A DNA stretch of 59,928 nucleotides from Rhina ancylostomus. Lineage: Eukaryota. The notes beneath the pieces were generated by a model. That model saw nothing but the letters and a program-made list of their open reading frames with translations. It searched no databases and was not told the origin of the DNA. The position numbers and the translations under genes were made by a program. Below, one piece after another: positions 25,501 through 40,500 of this stretch. Location of the stretch: contig JARFYF010000059.1 in NCBI GenBank assembly GCA_030265395.1, forward strand, positions 18,327,862 through 18,387,789, written 5' to 3'. The first letter of the stretch is position 1. Each line of letters begins with the position of its first letter.

Positions 25501-28500
25501 TGAATTTCATCACCTGATCATCATGTTGGGTATTTGTTCTAATATTTATTTCCTGAAGCTCCTGTCTATATGGAAGGAAATGCTAGATATTCTATTAAAT
25601 ACAATCCTTCCCAGATATATCTGCAGTGCTCACTTTATCACAAAGCTATCTATTCAGTCCTATCCCACAGCTTTTTCCATGGAACTGTCTGTATTTTTAT
25701 GTTAGATATTTTATCTAATCAGATGCCAGGATTTTGATTAGATTTCCTTTATCCTTCTCTGCAGTAATAAAGTCTCTGTTTTAAAGTCTATCAGAAGCCT
25801 TTCTTCTCATTCCTAGCGTCAGCCTAGCAGATATATTGCATTATTACCATAGACTTATCTTTCCTATAATTGATGCTCACTACACCAACTACAGTTTAAC
25901 CAATATCAGTTATAGTACATTTCTTCTTTATGTTTGTATTCACTTCCACTTATAAAAGCCTAAATCCATTTTGTCTTGTTTAATTGGCAACTGAAATCTT
26001 GTCCTTAACTTACGATCTGTGTTCTTCTACTCTGAATGTTCAATCATATTTTGTCATTTCCATGCCTCTTTTTTTCTATTGCATGCTATTTTTGACCATA
26101 TTTTTGCCCCATTTCCTAACCTGTAATATTTCCTTACATTCTTTTAGTTTGAAATGCCCCAGAATTACTGTCATCAGCTGTTTTTGATAGGCCCATTCAG
26201 GATCTGAAAACAAATCGAGCTTGGGTTTTATCTTCTTGGAACTATTATGTGCCAATATTTGGAAATGGTATAGACAAGAACCATGCCAACAGTTGCTAAA
26301 GAATTTTCCAATATATGAAATATCTATCCTTCAGTTTGTTGCCAGCATGTTATTTTTAATGCCGTGTGCTTGAAATCACTTCAACAATTGCCTGATGTAC
26401 CAATCCCGATACAGGATTCCTGGTAAAATAGCTTGCTCATCGAGCATGAAATCAAGAATGGGGAAGAAAAACAAATAATTGATCTGCTCTGGAAAAGGAC
26501 CATTAGCAATGTAAATGATTATAAAATTAATTACCTTGTATTCCTTTTAAATAACTGATATGGCTAATTAAGATGGCTGCCATTCCAATATCTCTGGCTT
26601 CCAGTGTTATCTTTACTGAGGAGTAACTCGGTTTAGTTACCTTGGCACAGGGAGATTGGGGAAAAAAATCTTATTCTTGATTGGTGTCGAGCCTATCATG
26701 ATAAGAGGGTCAGGTAAATCTCGAAATCTGCTCTCTTGCTAAACTTTGATGCCTAGTTTCAAGAGGGGGCCATTTTAACCTGATTTAAATAAAATGTAAT
26801 CTCAGCTGGCATAGAAAGGCAAAGCTGCTTTATAATTGTATGTCATGAATACAGCACTTCCTGCAAATTCTGATACTGTCGGTCATGCAGCAATAATTTT
26901 CCAGGCTATAATGCATTGGAACTATTGTATTAATGGCAAGTACAAATAGAATCTATATAGCCATAAAGAGCCTTGTGCATAGAGTTAGGATCTGTTTTAA
27001 AAATGACCAAACGTCCTTATCTAATTTATTTTACAAACTGGATTTCATACAGTTGAACAGTAAATAGGTTGCAAATATCTTTGACCACACTTAAAAAATG
27101 ACTCTAGACTTTCTGAATAGTAATCATTAATTTGCGTGAACTGGGTGGCCGCTGTTGTGGTTCATTGCTGCATTGCTTAGGTAAAGGTAGTTAAAATTCT
27201 GCACCATTGGAGAATGCAGGAGTAGGTCACCAGGCTCTCCTTACATTCACCTTTCCATTCAGTATGATCATGGCTGATCTATACTGTCCTCAGCTCCTCT
27301 TCTTGCCAGTTCCCTATAACCCTCAATTCCTCGAACCCTTATATCTCTGCCTTAAAAATATCTAATGATTTGGCTTCCACTACCCTCAGGGACAGAGAAT
27401 TCCAGAGGTTCAGTACTCACTGACAGAAGAAATTTCTATACACATCAGTTTTAAATTATCACCTCTCTATTTTGTAACAATGTCCCCTTGTTAATGACTC
27501 TTCCACTGGTGAAAACATCTCAACAACCACCCCGTCAAGCCCCCTTAGGATCATGTATGTTTATTCCAGATCACTTTAATGATTCTTCAAAAAACCTGAA
27601 TGTAATTGATGGATCCTTTTAAGTAATACAGAGGCAGGACTTGTGCATACATTTCAGTCCTTATTTTTCATTTAGCCCATTCTGTTATAATCAATTTCAA
27701 AGAGGAAGTTGCTCAGGGATGGGTGTCACTCATGCTCTTCTGTACGTTTGGGCAGACATCACACATGTGCGCAGAATGTTCAACAGTTGATTTGATAATA
27801 GATTTCAGTCCTACAGAACACAGAAAAACACACTTAATCTTCATCTAAGGGATGGAAGGTGTCAGTACAGAATGCTATCAGGTGGCACTTGCTCTCCAGT
27901 TACCTGCTTACTGATGCCAAGTCTGAGATATCCTAGGACCTCTCTGCTCAATGCTTAGTTGCAGCATTGATCCAAACTTGGACCGAGGAGCTGAATCTCA
28001 GAGGTGAGTGAGAGTGACTGGTTTTGACATAAAGGCAGCATCTGAAAGTGTAACATTAAAAAAACTGGTGAAACTGAAAGTCAATGGATATTAAGAGGAA
28101 TATACTTTAGTGGTTGACATAAAACCTCAAAGAAAGGAAAATAGTATATAGTTATTGGGTCAGTCTGAGGTCTGCTTCATTCTTGACCTTACTTCCATCA
28201 TTGGCTCAGAAATGGAGAAATTAGCTGATAATTTTAAAAAAATGTTCAATTCTATTTGTAATTCTTCTACAAATTGTCCATGCCTTCATATGAAAAGACA
28301 AAGACAACATTCAAACATGCACTGATAAGTGGTAAATTATATTGGAGACCTAAAGGTGCCTGGCAGTAACCATCTCCAACAAGGTATGTTCTTGCTCTCA
28401 CCAAGTCCCCCACCATCAAATTCCTGACAGGATACCATTGACCAGAAACTCAACAGGCCCAGCAAAATAGAAATTGTGGCTACATGGTCAGGTTGAGGAT

Positions 28501-31500
28501 TGGTATCTTGCAATGAGTAACTGACTCCTAACACCCAAAGCCTTTCCACCATTTATAAGTCAGGAATCTGAGCATGATGGAAATTTCTCCATTTGTTTTG
28601 ATGAGCGCAGCTGCAACGTCTCAAAAGAAGCTCAGTACCATTCAAGAGAAAGTAACGTTGGCACCCAGCCACTCCACTAAACAATTGCTTCCTCCTTTAC
28701 TGCTGTGCAGTGGCTGTAATATTTACACCATTTACAAAAAAAACTGCAATTTACTTCCTAAGGCTACTCCAACAGTGCCAACTAAACCAGTGATCTCTAT
28801 CACTAAGAAGGGGAAGGGCAGCAGGTACATGATAACTCCACACTGCAAATTCCCCTCCAAGTTGCCCACCTCCCTGAGTTGGAAATGTATGACAGTTCCT
28901 TCATCATTGCTGGTTCTAACTCCTAGAGCTCTTCTACCAGGCAGCACTGTGGGAAGACCTCAGCAGAAGTACTGTAACATATCAAGAAGAAAGTCACAAT
29001 TTCCTTCTGGGCAGCATTTTGAAATGCGCAAGAAATCAAGGACTTGCCAGCAAAAGCCACGCTCTGAAAAATGAATTTTAAAAATGCTCTGTGCTTGATT
29101 TTCTAGGCCATTGCTCATTGCACAGTTCCCCTACTTGTAACACACTTTTCCTTTAAAATAGGTCATTTGTTGCTTTGTGCATGTTGTACTTTTATTGGTT
29201 TTTACGACAGCCTAAATTATTCTCTTATGGACGGTAATACTGTGTGTTTTAGGCAAGAAATAATAGCTTCTGAACTACAGGAAAGTGTTCAACTCTCATT
29301 TGTCCTGTGAATATTACTACAACACTTTAAGTCGTGTACTTCACTTGGAAAATAGTGCATTGACTTTATTATGCTTGTGCATGCATATTGGATTGAGAGT
29401 ATTTAGTAACTAGAGCAACATTTTGGTATTGATTTTTGAGGTTTCAGCACATTTCAAAGGACAAATATTCTTACCTTAATTACCTATTCATGTTGCTGTT
29501 GTTGTTGTTATGTAAATGCTAAAAAGATCTGCTCCTGGATGCTTCTCCCATCACCTGAAAGGAAGTTTGGTTGATGGATGTGAAGTTGCACACTGTGAGC
29601 AACATTAATCTTTAAAAAAGAAATAAGCAGCATTGTATAACATAACAGTTGTGATTAAAGTCAGACCATAAGCAGTGAAAGCTTATTGAATATTCCTCCT
29701 TATATCCTCCAGTTATTCATACCCTGTTTTAAATACTGAATTTTTTGTAAGTTGGTGCATTTATCGAACGACAAATGTCTTGATTTATATTGGGCTACTT
29801 GCCAGGGAAAAATCTTGCAAATAGCTCAACATTCAAAAGTACATGAATCAGCAAGCTAGAAAATTGCTTTACAAAATGCAGTGTCAGCAAGGTATAGTGC
29901 AATTGTTACTAAATTGGTATCTCTGAGACTGCCAATGGATAGCTGCTACAGGAAATGTGAGATTAATGTTTAGGTACATTAGGAATATTCTTTAGAAGAA
30001 ACTGAGGCACATTGTGAGGAAAGTAAGAGGAACTTTCTTGTTTCTAATTATGCTGGTGCCAACTCTTGTGTGTGTTGGAAGGGAAAATTCATCTTTGGTT
30101 GCTAATTCTAAGTGCATCCAAGCATGTATCAGCTGCCAGTTGTATTTATCTACACATTTGATTCCATTTTTGCAGCAGCTGATACATCCACATGCTCTTA
30201 GCTCTAGGGAATTTTTTACTCTGGGTGGCTAAGATTTTCATTATCCAGCATTAACCTGTCTTTGCATTAAAGTGTTAAAAAATCACATCAATTATTTTTA
30301 CATACACAGCAAATTGATGAAATAGATTTCCTGAATTTTTTAAATTTATATGATTTTGTTTCCAACCTAGTGTTGGAGTGATTAACCTTGACTTACTAGG
30401 GAAAATCACATCCCAGAATACTTGATTGATGCAGTGTCCTTCAAGGCCAAATTATGCTCTTCATGCATACTATTTATATACAGTATATACAGTATAGACA
30501 TAAAAAGAAGTAGTTGCTGCCCCCTGTTCATTTCCTTGACTCTGCTTAGCTGGGCTCAAAAGTAGATTGCTGTAATTGAACCCTCTTCATCACTTTCCAG
30601 CTATCCAGTGTGGATGTCAGGTGAGGGTCAGACTTGCTTGTGAAGCTGTCATAGACAAATAACTCATGTCATTACTCAGTTTTCAGGTTAATGCATCTAC
30701 ATTTACTATTTGGTCAAAAATTTTAATGGCACCACCCTTGAAACTATACCACAATAAAAGCCTATGACTAGAATTCCAATGTACCCATTACAGTGTACCA
30801 CAATGGTGCAGGTGCTGGTGTCCAGTGTCAGTTTTGGTTATTGGTCCACCACCTAAAACTTCAGTTTCACCCAAGGCCCAAAGTCACAGACCAATTGGGA
30901 ATGGGGAGGCATTGGAATCTTTGGTTTTTAGGAGAGATTATTGGGATGTTTTCAGGATTTGGAGCAGGGAGATAGTAGATTGTTTGTGAGAGGTGAAGGC
31001 TGATCAGGTACATGCTAACAGATTGCTTGAAGGAGGTAAGTGGAATAGGGAAGATGGAAGCTGGCAAATTGCTTTGGGATTGAGGAGGAATGGAGCAATG
31101 TGCTGTGTATCTGGAGGCCAGCAGCATTAATGGAATTGGATGATTTACAGACCATCACAACAAGAGTGTCATGAGAGGTCATGTGGTCAAGGCATGTGGG
31201 AAACATGGTCAGAATGGAAGCCTGGAAATTGGGTGGTGTAGAGTGGGTTGTTTTGATGTGGGAGAAAGCTCCAATAAGTAGGTAATATTTACCTTATCAA
31301 TTTTTTTTTACCAATTTAGTGGAGTTCTATGAAGTACCAACATGTGCTGTGGATAAAGGGGTAGATGTACTATACTTAGATTTCCAAAAGCATTTGATAA
31401 GGTGCCATAACAAAGGTTGTTGCTGAAAAATAAGACCTCATGAAGGAGGAGATAATGTATTGGTGTGAATAGAAGATTGGGTGGCTAATAGGAAATGAAG

Positions 31501-34500
31501 AATGAGCATAAATGGGTCTTTTTGTGGTCGGCAAGATGTAAGAAGTGATGTGCCTTAAAGATCAGATTGGGGGCCTCAATGTTTTACAATTTATGTGAAT
31601 GAGTTGGATGATGGGATCTAAGGTATGGTTGCTAAATTTGTAGAAAACAGAAAGATAAAAAGGACAGTAAGTTGTGAAGTGGATGTAAGGAGATTGCAAA
31701 AGGTTATAGATAACTTAATTAGTGAGGAAGGATCTGGCAAAAGGAGGATAATGTGGGGAAAAAGTGAAATAGTCTATTTGGCAAGAAAAGTGAAAAAAAC
31801 ACGTTTCTAAATAATGTGAGAATGCCAAGGGATCTAGGTATCCTCCTGCATGATTTGCAAAAGGCTAGGAAGTAATTAGGAAAGCTGGAAAAAATGTGTT
31901 TATTACAAGGGGAATTGAATACAAAAACAAAGAAGTTATGTTTCGGTTACATAGGACATTGATGAGATCACACCTGAGGCTGGGTACAGTATTGGTCTCC
32001 TTATTTACAGAAGCATTAAGGCAGTAGATGTAGTTCAGAGAAAATTTACTAGATTGGTTCCTGGAATGGGTAATTTGTCTTCTGTATTGGCTGGAGTCTG
32101 GAAGGGTGTGAGGAGACTTGATTGAAAACTAGAAGATCCTGATGGATGTGGAGAGAATATTTCAGTTGTTGGAGATCTAGAACTATTGGTCCATTTAAGA
32201 TAAAGATGTGGCACAGTTTTTCTTTGAGGGCCATCAGTCTTCAGAACTCTGCTTCCACCATGGAGAAGATGGATGGATAGAAGATACATTCTTGATAAGC
32301 ACATGGATGAAAGATAGCTGGGGCTTAGCAGTAATGCAGTTATGATCAGATCAGCCATGATCTTATTGAATGGCAGAGCAGGCCTGAGGGCCTGTGTGGC
32401 CTTCTCCTGCACTTAATTGATTTGTACCTGGTAGGTCTCCCAGTGTGTTCCTGTGATATGATGACCATCTTGTCCAAGTGTGCATAGTACTGGGCTCCCC
32501 AGGACACAGAAATCTGTAATTCCCTACAGTGCTGAACAATGGTATTATCCTATGCCACTCCAGTGCAGAAATCACATTGGTTCACAAGGGTGACTGATGT
32601 CAGGAAGTACCTGGCCTAATTTTTGAGTGGTACAAAATGACTTGGGAATGATTGTCATTGTGGTTCACTGAAAATAAATTCTATTTTGTGTTTAAAATAA
32701 TTCATCTTAATTACTTTTAGGTTCAAAACCACTTGGGAATAAGGAGAATAAAAGAGGAGAGAAAAGGGAATTAAAGCAGTGATAGCTAAGATGGAAGTAA
32801 ATCTAAAAAAAAAAGTAACCTCCTTATCCAAATAAGCAATAAAAGGTATTTAACCTCACTTTCTTCTTTTTCCACAGGGCAGAAATTGTATTGGGGAACA
32901 TTATCAAAAAGAAAGGATGGAGGTAATCTTACAGTTGTTAGCTTGAGGTTTTGAGAATACTTTGGAGACTATCCACAAATAATTCTATGGCATTATTGTG
33001 CAGCTTAACATTTAAGACTTGCATCGCTAATGTCACATGTTTTTCTAAGGTTTTGTTTATGACAGAAATGACCTTTTTTTTGCCAAACTGACATTGGAAA
33101 ATTGGAAAAAGAAAGCCAAGTTAAAAAAATTTTTCCTCAGCACTGCTATTTGTTTTATGTAATTAGAGAATAACTCATCAATGCCATAACACAGTTAATC
33201 GACATTTCATAAAAATAGAAAAAGCTGTCACTGTATCGATCATGTTGTACAGGTAGTTCCAGTATAATGCATGTTTTCATAATGTGAATTGGTTACAAAG
33301 CGGTTGATGGATTAGGGAATATTATTTGCATTACACAAGCCACATTGGTTATTGTGTGGTCGCGATTGAGAAAACCTGTTTAAATCTGTGCTTTGAAGGC
33401 ATCTCCTGCTATAATGTGACTTCCTGAAATGCAAGGTTTCTTATGAAAGTAACTAGTGCTTTATAGCAGAACTATTAGTATTGAATGTGTGCTCTGTGTG
33501 AAAGTTTTCAACCTTTAACTTCTCTTGTAGAATACACATCAACAATGTTTTCATCTAGTAATAGATTAGGAAAAAATGGAGAAATGGAAGCATATCTCCA
33601 TTGATGGATCAGCTCTACCTTCCACCATTCTCATCATGTGCCCCCTTTGCACCTTGGAAACCTGCCCTCTTATTACACAGTTTCATTGCATTTCTGATGA
33701 AGATAGTTATATGTATTATGTCACCACATAATGCAAATTCTTTTTTTAACCTTGGACCATTGCTTCCTTTCAAGCATTCCCTGTATATTTTTTTAGTCAG
33801 GGACATTAGTGATATTGGCAAAGCTAGAATTTATCACTAATTTCTTTTGGAAAGACAGTGATGCTTAGAAGAGGTCACAGGTTTGAGAGGTGCTGTTGTG
33901 GTGGCCTAAGCAAGATATAGTGTGCTGGAGGGAATAAANNNNNNNNNNNNNNNNNNNNNNNNNNNNNNNNNNNNNNNNNNNNNNNNNTCAGTTTGGCTTC
34001 TTTATCCTGAATGGTGCAAAGTTCCTTGAGTTTTATTAGAGTTGCATTCATCCAGGCATCTGGAGAATATTCCATCACACTTCTGATATGGCTTGTGTAT
34101 GCTAGAAAGCATTTAAGTTTCAGGAGATGAGCCACTGTCCAAAGTATGCCCAACCTATGACACTGTCTTGCAACTGCAATATTTGTGTGGCTGATCCAGT
34201 TGAATTTCCGGTCATTGGTGGGAGTGCAGGATGTTGTCCAGTCAAGGGTAGCTCGTTAGGTTTGCTCTTGTTTGAAATGCACAATGCCTGGCACATGTAT
34301 GGTGCTTGAGTGACTAGGTTTAACTGCATGCAAGCACAGACCCTCCTTTTCTGAGGAGTTGTGAATGGAATTGAATATTGTACCATCATCAGCAAATGCC
34401 CCCACATCTGACCCTATGGTGAAACAAAGGTGATTGGTAAAGCAGCTTTTGGTGATTGGGCTAGGATAGTGACTTGAGGAAGACTTATAGAAATGTCCTG

Positions 34501-37500
34501 GTGCTAGAATGATTGGAATCCAACAGTCACAATCAACTCCAATTATTCGAATGTATTCCCCTTGATGTCCATTGAATTCATTACCAGAGCTCCAGAACTC
34601 ATCGAATGCTGCCATGATGTCAGGGTCAGCCACTCTCATCTCACCACTGCAAATCAATTTTTTAGTCCAAGTCTGTAATGAGATCAGGAGATGAAAGGTT
34701 CTGGTGAAAACCCAAATTGGATTTAGGTTATTTATTGAGTAAATCCCATTTGAAAGCAAAATTGATGACACCTTCCATCATTCTGCTGATGATTATGATG
34801 CATGTCCAGGGAACCATACATTCAGAACAAACCAGGGATTACCTGCAATGAGTCTTCACTGTTGGGTCCTTTGTAGTGGTCCTTTTTATAGATGTGGCAG
34901 AAGACAATGTCAAATAATATCTCAGATTACATGAGTTAAACCCAAATGTCCTTTGCTGTATTGTATGAACATTCCCATTATATTAGCTTTGCAACACTGT
35001 ACATAAAGCTTCAAATGTCAAAATGACTAAACTATCTGTCAACATTTTCTTTTCTCTTTACAGACGTTCCAGCCTTGTCATCACAACCAAAATTTTCTGG
35101 GGTGGAAAGTATGTAACTAGTTGTTTATGTATGCTTCAATGATTAAAATTGTTGTCTTTGAATAAATGTAATTAATAAGCTACCCAATATATATTTGGTA
35201 AGTAAACTTTAACTAATACTGTTCTTTTGCAGGGCAGAGACTGAGAGAGGACTCTCCAGAAAGCACATTATAGAAGGTAGCGTGTCATGCCGGTAAAAAA
35301 AATTGTTGCTGTTGATAATTGGTTAAGTGTCCTCTTATGGAACAGTTGTTTAAGGAAAACATGTTAAGAGTTTTCATGATAACTTTATCAATCTTATTTA
35401 CATCAAGAGTGGCAGATAGAAACTGGAATCTGCTTTAAGCAGAAATCCCATGTTCCAAACCAGAGAAAAGTGACAAAGACTAAGGAGATGGTCATCATTT
35501 GCAAGGTCAACATTCAAGCACATACCTAATTGCTCTTGAAAAAGTGGTTCTGAGCTCTCTTCTTGAACTGTTGCAATTGTTCTATTGAAAATATATTCCC
35601 ACTATGTTATTGGGTAGAGAGTTCCAGAATTTAGATACAGTGAAATGAAGAAAGGCAATTGTATTTTCAAGTCTTGATGGAAGGTGAATTGGAGGACAGC
35701 CTGTTTCCTTGCATCTCTTTCCTTGTCATCCTCTGTGGTAGAGTTACAGGTTTGGGAGGTGCAGTCAGAACAGCCCACCTAAATAAGTACAGTGTATTTT
35801 GCAGATGGTGTATGCTGCAACCAGTAAAGGAAGGAGTGAATGCTTCGGGTGGTTGATAGAGTGCCAGTCAAATGGATTGGTTCTGGGTGGATGAGCTTCT
35901 AGTTTTGGAGTTGTATTTGTCTGGCCAGCTGGAGAGCATTCCGTATATCTCTTGACTTATGCTCTGTAGAATTATGTAGAGGCTTTAGGGGATCAGACAG
36001 TGAATCACTCCGCAGGATGCCAAGACTCTGATTTGATCTTGTAGTTACAATTCTTATGCAGTTGGTCAAATTAAGTTTCTGATCAATGGTGACCTCCAGG
36101 TAGGGAAACTTGGTCATGCTAATGGCAAAGAATATCAAGGTGGATGGCTTGACTGTCATGGGTGAGTTAACGTATATCTGCATTGAACTCAAATATAGAT
36201 GGTTAGACTCATTGGGGAGATGCTATAGTATATCTAAACAGAAAACTGATTTCATCTTATGCTATGCTAAATAAATGAATGCTAAATAAATGATGCTGAC
36301 TTTCCTTCAGCCAACGAAAGATTAAGCTTTTGGTACAAGCATCATGATATTAACCCATTTCTACAAGCATAAAACATGCCTATCTTAAATTTCCCCATAG
36401 AAGTGAATTATAACATAGTCGATTAGTTCTTGTTGTACAGCAGTTATCACTTTATTCTGCCAATTACACCACATTATGAGCACGATAATGCTCTGTAGTT
36501 TTGTTAATCCCATCTGTTTTTAATGGATATTTGTATTCTGCATTGGCAGGACTGAAAGCTTCCCTTGAGCGGTTACAGTTGGAATATGTGGATGTGGTAT
36601 TTGCAAATAGGCCAGACCCAAACACACCCATGGAAGGTGAGTTTCATTATATAAGCAAAGATATAACAACAACTTTTAATCTGTAAAATTTGAAAGTGCA
36701 CTCACCTCTTTCTTTTCACACTCTGCGTCAATGAGAAACTCTTACAGATTGCCATCTTTACAGCAATGACAGACTATTTACTGATGATTAAACTGAAGTT
36801 ATCTTTATACTAGCAAAATATTTATAGGGCCTCTGATCATTTAGTACAGAAATACAAATGTCGAGGATCATTCATTAGTGCACGTTATCTGTCTTACATG
36901 GGATTGATTTTCAATACCAGTGCCCAAGTCTTCTTTTATCCACTGTCTCTTAAAGAATATATTCTTGTAATAATACAGTACCACAGATAGCTGCCAAATA
37001 TCCAGTCCATACGCTCTGCATTTGAGGGGACATCTCAATAGTGTTCCTAATTTTCTCTGTACACTAGCCTAATGTGGCTGGGTCTGATTTGCAAAACCCA
37101 GCTACTGGCCTATCTGAGATCAGCTAAATCGGTAGAGAGCAGAAATTAAACCAAAAATCTTCTGGTCTTTATGGTTTATTGATCATTATAGATTCCAAAC
37201 CTTTGACATGGTATATTTATTAGAAATGTACAAGTGAAGTTTGAGGTGCATGTTTCATTTAACTGACATCTTAGTCACAGTGGGCAGAAGGGCCTGCTTC
37301 TATGCTGTACACCTCCATGACTCCATAACTCTATGACTCACATACTAGACTAGATGATTCACTGGAGTGCCAAGAAATAGCATGAATGGACATGTGTAAA
37401 TTCTATTCCAGAATTGATCTTAGTCTATTTGTTATGGGAGCATCCATACTCTTGTTCCATCATAGATGGGAAGAGAATTTATTGCTGGGCTATTGCTATG

Positions 37501-40500
37501 TACCACCTTGCAGATTTGGACAGAAATTGCCCAGCAGAACTATTCACTGCATTTAAAGGTCCAATAGATCTGTTTTGGGAACAACATCAACAAGAAAAAA
37601 ATGAGAATAGGGCTATTTTTGAGTTATCAAGGTATCAGTATTTTCAAATATTTTAAATTGGATGGTTGGGTCTGGTGTTACTCTGTTTGATGTTTTGCTG
37701 CATGAGAGGAGCGAGCACAATACCAGACTATTCTGCAACCAGTAAATCCCTATTCTACCACCCATTGATTTTTCTTTGATACAATCCAGTTTAATGTGTT
37801 AATGGAAGCATCTGGAAATAAGTACTGAGTAGGACTTGTTTCTACCTACACCTTCAGGTGATAGAGGCAAAGCGAATGTGAGATTATTTTTAAACAGAGC
37901 TTGAGAAAGCCTGATAGTGAAATGTTTGGACATCCTTGGTGCAGTTCTTAGATAAAGTGTGTTCCGGTTTCTTATTGGACACAACTACTTCTAAAATTTT
38001 CTAATGTCAGGTGGGCTAAGGGGAGATGTGGTGGAAAATATACAGGATATAATTTCCATGAGGAGAAAGTTAGAATATTGGAGTGGGAGTCGGTAGGATG
38101 GTTATCTGGGAGGGGTAGCAGCTTGAGGGTGGCATGGCCAACATTATTTCCATTTCAAATTGCCCTTGAAAAGGTGGTGATCTGCCTCCTGGATCTCAAC
38201 AGTCCTTCATATAAAGGTACTCCCACAGTGCTGTTGGATAGAGAGTTCTAAGAATTAGACTCGTCAACAATGAAGGAATGCTGATGTGCAATTTGGAAAG
38301 GAATCTGCAGAATGCTGGAGCTTGTTCTCCTTGGTGACTGTAAATTTGGAAGGTGTTGTTGGAGCAGCTTTAGGAAATAACAGCTGTGTATTTTGTAGGC
38401 ATTGCCCACTGTGGCTGTACTGAGCCAGTGGTGAAAGAATTGAATGCTTAGATAGGTAGATACGGTGTCAGTCAACAATGGTATTTTGTCCTGGATGGTG
38501 TTGAGCTTCTTGAGAATTGATGCAGCTGCATTTATGTAGGCAAATGGAAAGTATTGCATCACATTCCTAATTGTATCTTTGTAAATGGTGAAACTAATTG
38601 GCTTGTAATTGCATCTTTGTTCAAAGGGCTTTGGAATGGTTAGTTTTGAAAATATTATACTGGTGCAATGTAGGATGTTCTTGGGATGATGAATTGGAAG
38701 ATCATTGGTCTAAATCTCTGTGCTTTCCACATATGTCATTCTTGACTGAGGGAATGTTTATCATTAGGATTGAAGTGGAAAATATTCTACTTGCCGGAAT
38801 CAATACCATTTAAATGAGCACAAAATTTATAAAACAAAATGATAAATATTAACTCAGAAGTCCATTATGACTTTAGAATAATATGTTATTGAGTTCCTTA
38901 ATCTATTGCACTCTTAGTAGAGTGGTATTCTAAAGAACCACTGTTTTTGTTTGATGTGACAAAGCCTATGACAGTTCCACTTACATGCAACATCATCACT
39001 AGGTAAAATAACAGGACCATTTTTCTCCTGCTTACAGCAACTGCTCTTTAGGAAAAGTTCCTGTTAAAGCTTCACTGCATCCAGCTATGTTTAAGTTATT
39101 TGAGGTGGGATTTCCAGAACCAGATCCAATGCCTTTGAACCTCTTTTCCCTTGACTAACATGTTAACCAAAAAGAAAAGCTTTGCTGATCTCAGCTGGGT
39201 TAGTAGTGGATAAGGGATGGTACAATCAACCAGCATTCCCATTACTGGTGACAAGCCAAAAATTAAATGAAGATACAATCTTATTTGGTTACGATACTTT
39301 ACATAGTTGAATAGCCTATTATCAACTAGGCTATTGAGTTTTTGTGCATGGATGCAGAGAGTGAACAACTGTGGAATTTACCCCAAGATGTAGTCAACAT
39401 TTTTGCAAGAGAAGGAAAATAAAAGAAAATTGGGGTGGCCAGAATAAAATGTCTTTGAGTCTTCATACCAGCTCTGCAGCTCCGATCAATAATGATTTAT
39501 TTGGAGTTTTGAAAGATGCCTTCTACTTTACAATGTGATCATTCCCTCCTCTTCCTCATTTTCCTCTGCCCCATCTTGTATATAAAGATGGGCAGGATGT
39601 CCACCCTGAAACTAGTGTATAGGGGATCACATTGGTGGTATGAAATGAACTTCCATCCCTCATTAACTGTTAACTCTGGATGATCAATTGCCCTGTCATT
39701 ATTCCAGATTTCCAGTAGCTCTATTGAAAGTAACTGAAATGTGTCTGGTAGACATTTTGCAGATTGTTTTTGTTCTTTTGTTTCTACATATAATCAAATA
39801 TAGAATATACATAAAGGAATTATGTTGCATAGGATGACTTTTGTAATACTATATAACAACATGTTAACAAACTACTAATACATTTTTAAATTGTCAGATT
39901 TGTTTGGAGAATTATTATAGTGAAAGTCCTTCACAGTTCAGTACAGAAATGCTCTTATTCAAACCAATCTGATAATGGTAGAGCTAACTGCTGGTAGTAC
40001 TATTGTGGCATCACCATTAGTCTACAACAACTGGTTTATAAAACAATGTCCCTTTTGTCATCCTACATGAACTGTGAATGTGTCTGCTGGTTGAATGGAC
40101 TAAGCCAACTTTCAACAGGTGCCTGTCTAAAATTCAAACTTAAGGCTGTAATCTTCCCTCACATGTAAAACTTGACGTGGAATCACATCTGTATCATTTA
40201 ATCATTGGCAGGCAAATTTATGGATGTGAAAATGCAATTTGGTGTGGAATTCTGATTGCATGTCACCAGGACACATGATTTTGCACCAGAATGCAAGCAA
40301 TTCATTTGTAAGATGTCTTATACATTTTATAATAAGAATTGGCTGGATGTGTATTTCGTGTCACTTTGTTTTTGTGTCTTCATACACTTCCCTCGGGTGA
40401 TTGTAATATAAGGACATACTATGGAAGTAATATAAAGATTCACAGACTGAGTAACAGTCTGAGAAGAACTTCAAGTGATCATAATCCTCTGTATACCTGC

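Noticed and set aside
36501-36686. Track ORF of 61 aa as a stand-alone gene
   Set aside because: It is KCNAB2 exon 36550-36636 read through into flanking intron sequence
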